From Thermodesulfobium acidiphilum (lineage in GTDB: Bacteria; Thermodesulfobiota; Thermodesulfobiia; Thermodesulfobiales; Thermodesulfobiaceae), in assembly GCF_003057965.1 (NCBI RefSeq), contig NZ_CP020921.1:1414916-1478915 (forward strand): a stretch of DNA of 64,000 nt. Reading direction: 5' to 3'. The notes under the pieces were generated by a model. That model did not search any database and was not told the origin of the DNA. It saw only the letters and a list, made by a program, of their open reading frames with translations. Below, piece by piece: positions 28,504 through 38,727 of this stretch. The first letter of the stretch is position 1; each line of letters opens with the position of its first letter. Position numbers and translations under genes: made by a program.

Positions 28504-28932
28504 CTATTTAACCAGAATTACCGGAACCTTTGCATTTTTTAAGATTGAATAAGCAACGCTACCCAGAAGTCCGGATAAAGGGTTTAGCCCTTTATTTCCA
28601 ACTACAATTCTATCAATATTATTTTCTTCAACATACTTCAAAATTTCTTTCGCAGGGTCACCGCCAGATAGTAATACTGCCTTTACATTAACTCCTGCAT
28701 CATCAAAAATTTTTTTTGCTTCATTCAATTTTTTGGAAAAAGCTAAATCACAAGCTTCATTAATCTTCTCTGGATCCACAAAAACATCGTCACTTACATA
28801 TGTCCAGTCATATGCGCAACCAACTGTAAGCAATATAACTTCAACCGATTGGTGCTCCTTTGCTAAATTTAAAGCAAATTCAGCAGCCTTCAATGAGGGC
28901 TTCGACCCGTCCACAGCAACTAAAACTTTCAT
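28504..28932 (-). CDS. Universal stress protein
   Basis: MKVLVAVDGS...GDPA...VVGNKG...LLGSVA...PVILVK; start ATG at 28932 after AAGGAGG. Confidence 0.9.
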   Translation of the reverse strand: MKVLVAVDGSKPSLKAAEFALNLAKEHQSVEVILLTVGCAYDWTYVSDDVFVDPEKINEACDLAFSKKLNEAKKIFDDAGVNVKAVLLSGGDPAKEILKYVEENNIDRIVVGNKGLNPLSGLLGSVAYSILKNAKVPVILVK

Positions 28933-28955
28933 TTTTACCTCCTTAAAGTTATGGT

Positions 28956-29300
28956 TTAGATTTTTGCCAGATCCATTAGAAGCCTCGGATCTGGATTTAT
29001 ACATAAATACGGAGCCTCTGTAACATCATCATAACAAAGATCTAACACATGATCAATTTGTCCAAAGTATTTATCTGTAAGGAAATCAATGTACACGTTT
29101 AGTTCTTCTTCCCAGAAAATCAGATCATGCTTAAATTTATTAATCTCATCTGGTAATACAATTCTTGCCTGCAAACTGCTAGGCTCTGGATCAGCTCAAG
29201 CACCACAATATTTTATAGGTGCACTAATAATGATATAAGCTGTTCCTTTTGTTCTCGCATGAATAAATTTTCTTGCTTCATCTGTTACTCTTATTTTCAC
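28956..29300 (-). CDS. Putative selenoprotein (HesB-like/CC-Se-motif-like) with in-frame UGA in a C-G-A-U motif
   Basis: GTG at 29300 with GGGGAG SD; MKIRVTDEARKFIH...IKYCGA-TGA(29196-98)-ADPEPSSLQAR... continues into track ORF 28956-29174. A hairpin starts 11 nt after the UGA. Confidence 0.65.
29167..29184 (-). promoter_or_regulatory. SECIS-like hairpin
   Basis: GCCU-A-GCA-GUU-UGC-AGGC, G-containing apical loop, starting 11 nt 3' of the UGA. Confidence 0.5.
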
Positions 29301-29378
29301 AGCTGCATCTCCCCACATTCAAACTAAAATCTTAATTTTTTAAAATTTAACTCCCCTCACAGCCAAATTTAACTTTAG

Positions 29379-30038
29379 TTAGGGCTTCATATGCTTTACG
29401 TTCTTGCCTCTCACAATATATAACACGTCTTCAGCAATATTTGTAGCATGATCTCCCAATCTTTCAAAATGTCTGGTAATAAACAACCAATCGATAATTC
29501 TCTCGCAATTAAAGCGTCTTTCAGTAAGTTCCTTTTTTAAATTTTGCAGGATATTGTGATAATCCTCATCTACAGCATCATCATCTTCTATTACGCTAAG
29601 AGCCATTTCTTCGTTTTTTTCAACAAGAGAAGTAATAGCGTTTCTTACCATAACTTTCACTTTCTTAGCCATATCAGGAATTTTTTGCATAAAGAGTTCA
29701 ATTGGTGGATCTTTTAACAAATTTATAGCAGACACTGCAATACTTTTCGTTTCATCAGACATCCTTTCAAGATCTACGATTATTCTCATAATCATAACTA
29801 TATATCTAAGATCCTTTGCTACTGGTTGATAAAGCGCCAGCATAGTCATGCACTGTTCTTCTATATCTATCTCAAGTTCATCAGTAATCTTCTCGCTTTC
29901 AATAACTTCTTGAGCTATTCTTGAATCCCTCTCTAGAATAGAAAGAATTACCAAATCTATCGCTCTCTCCACAAGAGTTGTCATTTCAAAAAGCTTTTTC
30001 GTTAATTCTCTGATCTCTATATCAAAATGTCTTTCCAA
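29379..30038 (-). CDS. phoU: Phosphate signalling protein PhoU
   Basis: QPVAKDLR, DLERMSD and ERLGDHATNIAE. Confidence 0.95.
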   Translation of the reverse strand: MERHFDIEIRELTKKLFEMTTLVERAIDLVILSILERDSRIAQEVIESEKITDELEIDIEEQCMTMLALYQPVAKDLRYIVMIMRIIVDLERMSDETKSIAVSAINLLKDPPIELFMQKIPDMAKKVKVMVRNAITSLVEKNEEMALSVIEDDDAVDEDYHNILQNLKKELTERRFNCERIIDWLFITRHFERLGDHATNIAEDVLYIVRGKNVKHMKP

Positions 30039-30055
30039 AGATACACCTCTCTTTC

Positions 30056-30808
30056 TTAACCAAATCTACCAGTTATATAATCTTCTGTAAGCTTTTCTTT
30101 TGGAACCTTAAATATCTGTTCTGTTACACCATATTCTATCAAACTTCCAAGATACATAAACGAAGTAAAATCAGAAATTCTTGCCGCCTGTTGCATGTTG
30201 TGTGTAACTATAACAATTACTATTTCATTTTTTAGATTCACTATCAATTCTTCTATTTTCGCAGTAGAAATAGGATCAAGTGCCGATGTAGGCTCATCCA
30301 TCAAGATAATTTCAGGATCGTTTGCAAGAGCCCTTGCAATGCAAAGCCTTTGTTGCTGACCACCTGAAAGATTTGTAGGGAGTTCCTTTAATCTATCCTT
30401 AGTTTCTTCCCATAAAGCAACTCTAATTAAATTTTTTTCACAAATCTCCTCTTTTTGTTTTTTTGAAAGCCTTTTTCCACTCATTAGAAATCCTGCTAGA
30501 ACATTGTCCTGTATAGACATAAATGGAAAGGGATTAGGTCTTTGGAAAACCATTCCAACCTTTCTTCTCACTTTATACAGGTCCATCTTAAAAATATTTT
30601 CATTGTCCAAAAGTATTTTGCCCTTAACAGATGCATTTTTGTCAAGCTCATGCATTCTATTCAGACACCTCAAAAGGGTTGTTTTCCCACATCCAGAAGG
30701 TCCAATTATCGCTGTAACAGCCCTGTCGTAAATATCAAGGTTTATACCCTTCAAGACTTCGTTTTTTCCAAAAAAGGCTCGAACGTTCTCCAATTTCATC
30801 TTTATCAT
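30056..30808 (-). CDS. pstB: Phosphate ABC transporter ATPase
   Basis: [29 protein letters not shown] and YITGRFG. Confidence 0.95.
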   Translation of the reverse strand: MIKMKLENVRAFFGKNEVLKGINLDIYDRAVTAIIGPSGCGKTTLLRCLNRMHELDKNASVKGKILLDNENIFKMDLYKVRRKVGMVFQRPNPFPFMSIQDNVLAGFLMSGKRLSKKQKEEICEKNLIRVALWEETKDRLKELPTNLSGGQQQRLCIARALANDPEIILMDEPTSALDPISTAKIEELIVNLKNEIVIVIVTHNMQQAARISDFTSFMYLGSLIEYGVTEQIFKVPKEKLTEDYITGRFG

Positions 30809-30819
30809 ATTTTTTTCGC

Positions 30820-31638
30820 CTACTCCCCAAGTCTTCTATAACGACCTAAAATTATACTTAAAACTGTAACAAATGTTATTAGAACTAATGCCCCAGCCCA
30901 GGCCAGCCTGTGCCATTCATCATATGGAGAGATCGCATATATAAATATTTGTAACGGTATCGCAGCCATTGGCCTTGTAGGATTTAATTCTAAAAAGCTG
31001 TTTCCAAAAGCTGTAAAAAGAAGTGGAGCTGTTTCTCCAGCTATTCGCGCAAGAGTCAAAAGTGAAATAGCTAGAAGTGGAAATTTTGCAAATCTAAGCA
31101 CTACATAAAAAATAACCCTTGTCCTAGAAAGACCAAGCGAATAAGCCGCCTCAAGCAAAAGAGTAGGAGTCATATTAAAAATCTGTTCACTAGCAAGTAC
31201 CATATAAGGTATTCCCACTAATGCAAGTGCTATTGAACCAGCAAGGCCAGAAAAGTGCCCCATTTGCTTCACAACTATATAATAAACACAAATACCACAA
31301 ACAATTGTAGGCGTCCCCTGAAGCAAAGACATGGCTTCTTTTAAAAACTTAGCAAAGAGACTTCCTGAATAGAGGTGTAAATAGAGACCACCTAAAATAG
31401 ACAAAGAAACTATTATTACCATTGCAAGTGAATCAATAATTATCGAGCCTACAATCGCCTGTTTAAATCCTCCTGAACTAGAACCTACTGGTCTTGCCGT
31501 TTCAGTAAAAAAATTAATGCTTAGCGAGCTAATTCCATCCTTTATAAGTTGAAAGAGAATAAAGGCTAAGACCAAAGATACAAAAATCGCCACAGACAAT
31601 GTAAAAATTTGAAAAACTTTATCAATAATAAACCTCAA
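30820..31638 (-). CDS. pstA: Phosphate ABC transporter permease
   Basis: [13 protein letters not shown] and AWAGALVL; operon position. Confidence 0.9.
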   Translation of the reverse strand: MRFIIDKVFQIFTLSVAIFVSLVLAFILFQLIKDGISSLSINFFTETARPVGSSSGGFKQAIVGSIIIDSLAMVIIVSLSILGGLYLHLYSGSLFAKFLKEAMSLLQGTPTIVCGICVYYIVVKQMGHFSGLAGSIALALVGIPYMVLASEQIFNMTPTLLLEAAYSLGLSRTRVIFYVVLRFAKFPLLAISLLTLARIAGETAPLLFTAFGNSFLELNPTRPMAAIPLQIFIYAISPYDEWHRLAWAGALVLITFVTVLSIILGRYRRLGE

Positions 31639-32580
31639 CTATGCCCTCCTGTACAAAAGCCTTAGTAAGAGCTTAGCTAAAACATTAGTAGTGAATACAA
31701 GAATAAACAAAATAAGTCCAAGCTCAAACAAAACAGATAAATATATTCTAGAAAAAGCTTCAGCAAACTCATTTGCAATAATACTTGTCAGCGTTGCCGT
31801 TGGAGAGAAAAGTGAATTTGGGAAAAAAGGCCTGTTTCCAATAAGCATTGCTGTAGCCATAGTCTCTTCCATACCCCTTGCAAGTGAGAGAAATATTACA
31901 GCTATTATGCCCTCTCTAATAAATGGAAGAATCAAACATTTAACAATCTCAAACTTTGTTATTCCAAGACTAAAACCAGCTTCAATTAAACTTTTAGGAA
32001 CTAAAATTATTAATTCCTTAATCAAAACAGTCTGAATCGGAACAAGCATCAAAGTTAAGATCAAAATAGTAGTAAAAAGACCAAATGGAGAAGGGGTCCC
32101 ATTCAAAAATGGAATAAAGCCAAACAAAGTTTTTATTATAGTTTCAATTTTATCAATATGTGGAGCTACATAAAAAATAGCCCACAAACCAAGAACCACT
32201 GATGGTATAGACGCAAGCGCATCTATAACTGTAGAAAAAAAGGAAGAAATTTTTCCTCTTGAATAAAACGAAAGAAAGAGGGCTATTGGAGTTGAAATCA
32301 TCAAGCCAAAAATTGTGCTAATAACGCCAACCATAACTGTTACAAATAAAGGCGCTATGACACCAAATTTATCGTTTACAGGATCCCAGTTGTTCGTAGT
32401 AAATACGCTTAAACCCAAATGCTCTATTGCAGGCAAAGAATTTATAAACAAAACTATAAAAATCAAAACTGGCAACAATACCAAAAAAAGTGCAGAAAGT
32501 TTTAACAACAAATCAAAAAAAGAAAAATTAGTAAGTCTCAAAGCGCCAAAATCGAATAAAAAATTAGCTTTTTTGAACAC
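31639..32580 (-). CDS. pstC: Phosphate ABC transporter permease
   Basis: LASIPSVVLGLW, ARGMEETMA and TLTSIIANEFAEA. Confidence 0.9.
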   Translation of the reverse strand: MFKKANFLFDFGALRLTNFSFFDLLLKLSALFLVLLPVLIFIVLFINSLPAIEHLGLSVFTTNNWDPVNDKFGVIAPLFVTVMVGVISTIFGLMISTPIALFLSFYSRGKISSFFSTVIDALASIPSVVLGLWAIFYVAPHIDKIETIIKTLFGFIPFLNGTPSPFGLFTTILILTLMLVPIQTVLIKELIILVPKSLIEAGFSLGITKFEIVKCLILPFIREGIIAVIFLSLARGMEETMATAMLIGNRPFFPNSLFSPTATLTSIIANEFAEAFSRIYLSVLFELGLILFILVFTTNVLAKLLLRLLYRRA

Positions 32581-32637
32581 TAAGTACTTTCGCTCCTTAA
32601 AGTTAACATAAGATATATCTTTTAATTTATCGTAATA

Positions 32638-32655
32638 ATGTTAATTTTATGTTAA
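32638..32655 (-). promoter_or_regulatory. Pho box upstream of pstC
   Basis: Minus strand TTAACAT-AAAA-TTAACAT with 11-bp periodicity, matching PhoP/PhoB TT(A/T/C)ACA repeats. Confidence 0.6.
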
Positions 32656-32787
32656 TAAAAAAATTTTCCACATATTTTTATCTTAAAATATCTAATTTCA
32701 AATTTCCATAAAACTATAAAAGCCTTACAGCTCTTTTAATTGAGAGGACATGCAAATTCAATTCTAAGTTTAAAAACTTAATTATAT

Positions 32788-33591
32788 CTACAACAAATTT
32801 TCTAAACCTATTACAAATCCATTCAAGCCCTGCACCTTTCTAATAGCAAGTAACACCCCTGGCATAAAAGATTCTCTTGACAAAGAGTCATGTCTAATTG
32901 TCAGAATTTCACCCACACCGCCAAAAAGAACTTCTTGATGCGCTACAAATCCAGGCAACCTCACAGAATGGATTCTAATACCGTTTACTTCCCCACCAAG
33001 AGCACACTTTATTTTCTCTTCACCTTGAACAGTATCCTTATTGAAAACTTTTAAATTTTCTGACATTAAATAAGCAGTTCTTAAAGCTGTCCCAGAAGGA
33101 GCATCAGCTTTCTGATTGTGATGAAGCTCTATTATCTCAGCATGATCCAGATACCTGGCTGCTTTTTTTGCAAACTCCATCATTAAGACAGCACCCAGAG
33201 AAAAGTTAGGTGCCAGGAAAAATCCTACTTTCAATTCATTTGCCATTTTACCCAAGCGATCTAGCTCTTTGCCATCAATTCCTGTTGTCCCTACTACCAC
33301 ATTTCTTCTGTATTCGAGAGTTTTTTCGATAGTATGAGGAGCAACATTGCCTCTTGTAAAATCTATTAATACGTCAAACTGAGTTTTTACCAACAGGTCC
33401 TCTATAGTAGCACTTACAGGAGTAGAATCATCGATCTTGAATAATTCGCCAAGAGTTTTCCCCGCAATAGCAGGATCAACCCCACCCACCAACTTCATAT
33501 CATGTTGTTTTAAAACAGTTTCAGAAACCATTCTTCCCATCTTCCCACCAATACCAGATACTACTACCCTAATCATCCTTATCTCCTCCAA
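32788..33591 (-). CDS. dapB: 4-hydroxy-tetrahydrodipicolinate reductase
   Basis: GIGGKMG, IDFT, VGTTG and ELHHNQKADAPSGTA. Confidence 0.95.
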   Translation of the reverse strand: MEEIRMIRVVVSGIGGKMGRMVSETVLKQHDMKLVGGVDPAIAGKTLGELFKIDDSTPVSATIEDLLVKTQFDVLIDFTRGNVAPHTIEKTLEYRRNVVVGTTGIDGKELDRLGKMANELKVGFFLAPNFSLGAVLMMEFAKKAARYLDHAEIIELHHNQKADAPSGTALRTAYLMSENLKVFNKDTVQGEEKIKCALGGEVNGIRIHSVRLPGFVAHQEVLFGGVGEILTIRHDSLSRESFMPGVLLAIRKVQGLNGFVIGLENLL

Positions 33592-33610
33592 AAATAAATA
33601 AAGTACAAAT

Positions 33611-34498
33611 TTAGAGAATTAAATTCTCAGGATCAATTAAAAAAGTTTTTAATCGCTTCATAAAATTTAAAACAAAAGATAAATTTTTCTCAAAATTGCA
33701 TTGAAAAAATAAACTTAACTCCCCTTTAGTCTCTTCGTTTCCAAATTTTACTCTATTATACGTACAAATAAGTAAAGAGGTTTTATTATTCAAGCTTAAC
33801 TCTACTTCATCCAAATCAATCTCTTTACAAAAAAGTATACTCAAACCTTCATTAGTCGAAAAGTCAATAATTTTACTTTTTTCTTTTTTAAATTCGTCCA
33901 TAGATCTTAATCCCTCAATCTGCACTTTTCTAAACAAATCATCTGAAGAGGAAAAAATACTTTCTAAACCATTGTCAGTTAGTTCAAAAAAGCTAATAGG
34001 ATAACCTTGTCCAAAAAAGGGATATTTTACATATGATTTTAAGATACAAAAAAATAAATAATTCGAAAGACTAATAGAATTTCTTTTAACGAAATTAACA
34101 CTTCTTGAAATATCAATTCTGCTCTTTAGTTTCAAAAAACTTCCTGCCGGTATCCTTACAAAACTATCAAAATCCCTTTTATCTTCTTCTTTTGTCTTCT
34201 TTGCCTGACTTTCTAAACCTTTATTTGTATCCAGAGAGGGGCTAATATTAACTAATACATCTACAACCTCAGCAACTGGTTGACCTACATTTATAAAAGT
34301 ATTTTCCTGAAGCATATTAATCAGCTTTCCAGAAAAGGGGGACTTTATAACGCTTGTCACTTTCTGATTTTCAATCAAAGCTATCTCTTCGCCAATCTTT
34401 ACTATATCATTTTCCTTCTTTAACCATTTCACTAATCTATTTCTTATGCTATCCTTGTTTATTTCTGGCATTAAAATCTGCACAATCAAACACCTCAA
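33611..34498 (-). CDS. Lipoyl-domain protein with a degenerate 2-oxoacid dehydrogenase E2-like C-terminus
   Basis: LVKWLKKENDIVKIGEEIALIENQKVTSVIKSPFSG lipoyl domain. The C-terminus FMKRLKTFLIDPENLIL resembles E2 but has no DHRxxDG. Confidence 0.65.
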   Translation of the reverse strand: MRCLIVQILMPEINKDSIRNRLVKWLKKENDIVKIGEEIALIENQKVTSVIKSPFSGKLINMLQENTFINVGQPVAEVVDVLVNISPSLDTNKGLESQAKKTKEEDKRDFDSFVRIPAGSFLKLKSRIDISRSVNFVKRNSISLSNYLFFCILKSYVKYPFFGQGYPISFFELTDNGLESIFSSSDDLFRKVQIEGLRSMDEFKKEKSKIIDFSTNEGLSILFCKEIDLDEVELSLNNKTSLLICTYNRVKFGNEETKGELSLFFQCNFEKNLSFVLNFMKRLKTFLIDPENLIL

Positions 34499-34508
34499 AA
34501 ATTAGTCT

Positions 34509-34853
34509 TTAAATACTTATATACAAATATCCTGCCCTATAGAGCTTTACAAGTTCTATTAGACCAGCATCAATAACGTCTAAAAAAGGATACTCGTCAA
34601 ATTTTACTTTTCCATCACCCGGTAATACTAACTTGAATTTTACCCCATAAGTACTTAAATCTTCCATTTTCCTTATAAGGTCTTCTGAAATCTTGTGTTT
34701 ATAAAACAAATCAATTCCCTCAAAAGTAAAAAGAAATATCACCGAAATAGATCCCTTGCTTACTTTCTGATAAAGTCTCTCAACCTGCTCAATTGCAATT
34801 CCCAATCTATATGTATCACAACTTTTTACATGCAAAGCAATCTGATAAAGCAT
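34509..34853 (-). CDS. DsrE/F-like protein
   Basis: IALHV...EGIDLF...GVKFKL...AGLIELVKLYRAGYLYI pattern. Confidence 0.55.
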   Translation of the reverse strand: MLYQIALHVKSCDTYRLGIAIEQVERLYQKVSKGSISVIFLFTFEGIDLFYKHKISEDLIRKMEDLSTYGVKFKLVLPGDGKVKFDEYPFLDVIDAGLIELVKLYRAGYLYISI

Positions 34854-34924
34854 ACAGACCCCCTTCTGATGAAATTAATTCGAAAATAACTACAATATAA
34901 TAATAAAGATTTTAACACATTTAG

Positions 34925-35965
34925 TTAAAAATCTAACTTAAGAGGCCAACTTGAAGGTAAAAAATTTTTCTCAAAAAACAAGACTATGTAAGAATCAGTC
35001 ATTCCAGAAATATAATCCTTTATAGCAATATTTGATTTTTCTGAATCAGAATCATATCCTATATATATCTCAGATAAATTTAAAATTTTATCAATATTAG
35101 ACTTTAAATATTCTATTATGAAGTTAAACATTCTGGTGACCTTCTCTTCTTCCCTTCTTAAAATTTCTGCTGAATATACACTTTGCATCATAAAATCCCT
35201 TAAATTCTTAACTACATCAATAAATTTTGCGTCATTTTTAAATCCTTCTTCTTCATCAAATCCACCAATAACAAGCCTTATAAGAGTATCTACTCGCTCG
35301 CTATGAGTCTTACCAATTTCTTTAACAAAGGATGGCAAATCATTATATTTCAACAAACCTGCTCTTATTGCATCGTCGAGGTCATGACATATGTAAGAAA
35401 TCTTATCACAATATCTTACCAATAAGCCTTCCTGAGTGATAGGTTTAATCTTATCGTTTATGCTATGTCTTAAAATACCATCTCTTGTCTCCTGAGTAAG
35501 ATTTAGACCAAAACCCTTCCCTTCTCTTTTCTCTAAAATGTCAACAACCCTTAAACTCTGTTCCTCATGATTAAATGGAGGCAACAACCTGTTTAACACA
35601 TCCTCACCTATATGGCCAAATGGAGTATGTCCAAGATCGTGACCCAGACTTATTGCCTCTACTAGATCTTCATTTAATCCTAGAATCCTTGCACACGTTC
35701 TCGAAATCTGAGAAACTTCAAGCACATGAGTAAGTCTCGTTCTAAAATGATCTCCCTCTGGAGAAATAAAAACTTGAGTCTTATGTTTCAAACGTCTAAA
35801 TGCCTTTGAATGAATAATTCTATCCCTATCTCTTTGAAATGGATTTCTGTATTCGCATTCAGGCTCTGAAAATTGGCGACCCAAAGTCTTTGAGCTAAGA
35901 GTCGCCAATTTTGAAAGATATTCTTTCTCTCTTTTTTCCTGAGTAGTCCTATAAACCAGCATCAA
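34925..35965 (-). CDS. dgt: dGTP triphosphohydrolase (HD)
   Basis: FQRDRDRIIHSKAFRRLKHKTQVF, RTRLTH and HDLGHTPFGH. Confidence 0.93.
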   Translation of the reverse strand: MMLVYRTTQEKREKEYLSKLATLSSKTLGRQFSEPECEYRNPFQRDRDRIIHSKAFRRLKHKTQVFISPEGDHFRTRLTHVLEVSQISRTCARILGLNEDLVEAISLGHDLGHTPFGHIGEDVLNRLLPPFNHEEQSLRVVDILEKREGKGFGLNLTQETRDGILRHSINDKIKPITQEGLLVRYCDKISYICHDLDDAIRAGLLKYNDLPSFVKEIGKTHSERVDTLIRLVIGGFDEEEGFKNDAKFIDVVKNLRDFMMQSVYSAEILRREEEKVTRMFNFIIEYLKSNIDKILNLSEIYIGYDSDSEKSNIAIKDYISGMTDSYIVLFFEKNFLPSSWPLKLDF

Positions 35966-35987
35966 ATCTTAAAAGACTAATTAAAAA

Positions 35988-38645
35988 TTATTTATCAGCT
36001 TCATACTGCCTTTTTGCAAGAATAGTTGCTCTTGCAGCAGCCAATCTAGCCACTGGCACCCTAAAGGGAGAACAACTAACATAATTAAGACCTATTTCAT
36101 AGCAAAAAGCTATTGATTCAGGGTCTCCACCATGTTCACCACATATACCAATTTCCAGATCTTTGTTTACCTTTTTCCCTCTTTCGACAGCAATCTTCAT
36201 CAGCTCACCAACTCCATCTCTATCAAGCGTTTGAAATGGATTTACAGGCAGTATTCCCCTCTCTAAATACACTGGCAAAAATTTGCTTTCTGCGTCATCT
36301 CGGCTAAAGCCAAAAGTCATTTGAGTAAGATCGTTTGTGCCAAAAGAGAAAAATTTTGCATATTTTGCAATTTCATCAGCTCTTAGCGCTGCCCTTGGAA
36401 GTTCTATCATGGTACCAAATAAATATGGTATCTGAATGCCCTGTTCCAAAATAACTTCCTTTGCAACCTCTTCAAGTTTTTCTCTAACAAATCTTATTTC
36501 ATTTATATGGCCTACTAGTGGTACCATTATTTCAGGAAAAACCCGGTCACCCTCTTTCATTACTTTCGCTGCCGCTTCTAAAATAGCTCTAACCTGCATC
36601 TCATTTATTTCAGGATAAACAAGGCCTAACCTGCATCCCCTAAAACCCATCATTGGGTTAGATTCTTTAAGAGCTTCTGCCCTTCTAAGAAGTCTCTTCT
36701 TTTTCTCTGCAATGTCTTTTTCTCCATTTTTTTCATGTTGGGATATTTCTTCTTTCAAGATTTCCCTTTTTGGCAAAAATTCATGTAAAGGCGGGTCAAG
36801 AAGTCTAATTATTACAGGATACCCTTTCATTTCTTTAAATATCCCATAAAAATCTTCTCTTTGCATGGGAAGCAGCTTTTCAAGTGCAGCCTTTCTTTCT
36901 TCTATAGTCTCGGCTACTATCATTTCTTGCATAGCTGGAAGTCTATCCTGAGCCATAAACATATGTTCAGTTCTACAAAGGCCTATTCCCTTTGCCCCAA
37001 ATTCATAGCTTCTTTTCGCATCTTCTGGAGTATCAGCGTTGGCTCTAACTTGAATATTAGCTAATTTATCAGACAAAGACAACAAATTCTTGAGATCCTC
37101 ACTGAGCTCTGGCATAATAAGTGGAGCAACGCCTTTGAAAATATTTCCAGAAGTCCCATCTATTGTTATAACGTCAAATTCCTTTACAGTTTCACCATTT
37201 ACAGTAAATAATCTTTCTTTTAGATCTATTTTTATCGATTCAGCACCTACTACAGCAGGCTTTCCCATTCCTCTAGCTACCACAGCAGCATGACTTGTCA
37301 TTCCACCTCTTGCAGTAAGAACACCCTTTGCAGCAGCCAAACCGTGGATGTCATCTGGAACAGTCTCTGGTCTAACTAAAATTACGTCCTCATCACTCAT
37401 CTTAGCAGCAAGATCAGCATCAAAAACAACTTTCCCTGTAGCAGCACCCGGAGATGCACCTAACCCCTTTGCTATACTTTGAAGCTTGGAGGAGACATTA
37501 ATTCTTGGATGAAGTAAAAAGTCCACCTGGGACGGTTCAACTCTTAAAATTGCTTCTTCTTCGCTGATCAACCCTTCATTCAAAAAGTCCATAGCAAGTT
37601 TTACAGCTGCACCAGGCGTTCTTTTGCCCGTTCTAACTTGAAGCATATAAAGCTTTCCCTTTTCTATGGTAAACTCTATATCTTGCATATCTTTATAGTG
37701 TTCTTCTAAAATTTTGCAAAACTTCAAAAGCTCATCATAAACAGCTGGCATTTCCTTTTTCAACTCGATTATAGGCTTTGGGGTCCTTATACCGGCAACT
37801 ACATCTTCACCCTGTGCATTTACTAAATATTCACCAAAAATCCCCTTATCGCCTTTCTTTGGGTCTCTTGTAAATGCTACACCAGTAGCGCTATCATCGC
37901 CCATATTTCCAAAAACCATGGTTACAACGTTTACAGCTGTGCCAAGGTCATCCGGAATATTATTAATTCTTCTATAAGTAATTGCACGAGGAGCGTTCCA
38001 CGATCTGAATACGGCTTCTATGGCCATTCTCAATTGAATAAAAGGGTCCTGTGGAAATTCTTTATTAAACTTCTTATATATGTCAAAATATCTTTTTATA
38101 AGCTCCTTGAGGTCATCAGCACTTAGTTCTACATCATATTTAATGCCTTTTTTGGCCTTTAAACTTTCAAGTTCATTTTCAAAAGGCTGTAAGCCCATAT
38201 CCAATACAATATCGCCAAACATCTGAATAAGTCTTCTATAAGAATCATAGGCAAGTCTTGGATTAGAAGATTCCTTACTAAATAATTCTACCGTCTCATC
38301 GTTTAAGCCAATATTTAAAACGGTATCCATCATCCCTGGCATCGAAAACTTTGCACCTGACCTAACCGAAAAAAGAAGAGGTAACCCAGACTTTGCAGCA
38401 AACTTTTTCCCCGTTTTTTCTTCAACAATCCTGACATTTTCCAAAACCATTGGCCAAAGCTCTTCGATAACTTTTTCGCCCTTTTTCATATAGAGATTAC
38501 AAACTTCAGTTGTAATAGTAAACCCTGGGGGTACAGGCAAACCAATGTTTGTCATCTCTGCAAGACCAGCACCCTTACCGCCCAACAAGTCTCTCATGGA
38601 AGCGTTGCCTTCTTCAAATAAATATACCCATTTCCCCATGTTCAC
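35988..38645 (-). CDS. ppdK: Pyruvate, phosphate dikinase
   Basis: LLGGKGAGL, SVRSGA, GGMTSHAAVVARG and FSFGTNDLTQ. Confidence 0.97.
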   Translation of the reverse strand: MNMGKWVYLFEEGNASMRDLLGGKGAGLAEMTNIGLPVPPGFTITTEVCNLYMKKGEKVIEELWPMVLENVRIVEEKTGKKFAAKSGLPLLFSVRSGAKFSMPGMMDTVLNIGLNDETVELFSKESSNPRLAYDSYRRLIQMFGDIVLDMGLQPFENELESLKAKKGIKYDVELSADDLKELIKRYFDIYKKFNKEFPQDPFIQLRMAIEAVFRSWNAPRAITYRRINNIPDDLGTAVNVVTMVFGNMGDDSATGVAFTRDPKKGDKGIFGEYLVNAQGEDVVAGIRTPKPIIELKKEMPAVYDELLKFCKILEEHYKDMQDIEFTIEKGKLYMLQVRTGKRTPGAAVKLAMDFLNEGLISEEEAILRVEPSQVDFLLHPRINVSSKLQSIAKGLGASPGAATGKVVFDADLAAKMSDEDVILVRPETVPDDIHGLAAAKGVLTARGGMTSHAAVVARGMGKPAVVGAESIKIDLKERLFTVNGETVKEFDVITIDGTSGNIFKGVAPLIMPELSEDLKNLLSLSDKLANIQVRANADTPEDAKRSYEFGAKGIGLCRTEHMFMAQDRLPAMQEMIVAETIEERKAALEKLLPMQREDFYGIFKEMKGYPVIIRLLDPPLHEFLPKREILKEEISQHEKNGEKDIAEKKKRLLRRAEALKESNPMMGFRGCRLGLVYPEINEMQVRAILEAAAKVMKEGDRVFPEIMVPLVGHINEIRFVREKLEEVAKEVILEQGIQIPYLFGTMIELPRAALRADEIAKYAKFFSFGTNDLTQMTFGFSRDDAESKFLPVYLERGILPVNPFQTLDRDGVGELMKIAVERGKKVNKDLEIGICGEHGGDPESIAFCYEIGLNYVSCSPFRVPVARLAAARATILAKRQYEADK

Positions 38646-38727
38646 TCCTCCTAAAATAGATTTTAAACCCTTTTGTCCTCAGAATTACTAAACTAGATTT
38701 TAGCACAACAAACAAATATAAACTTTC

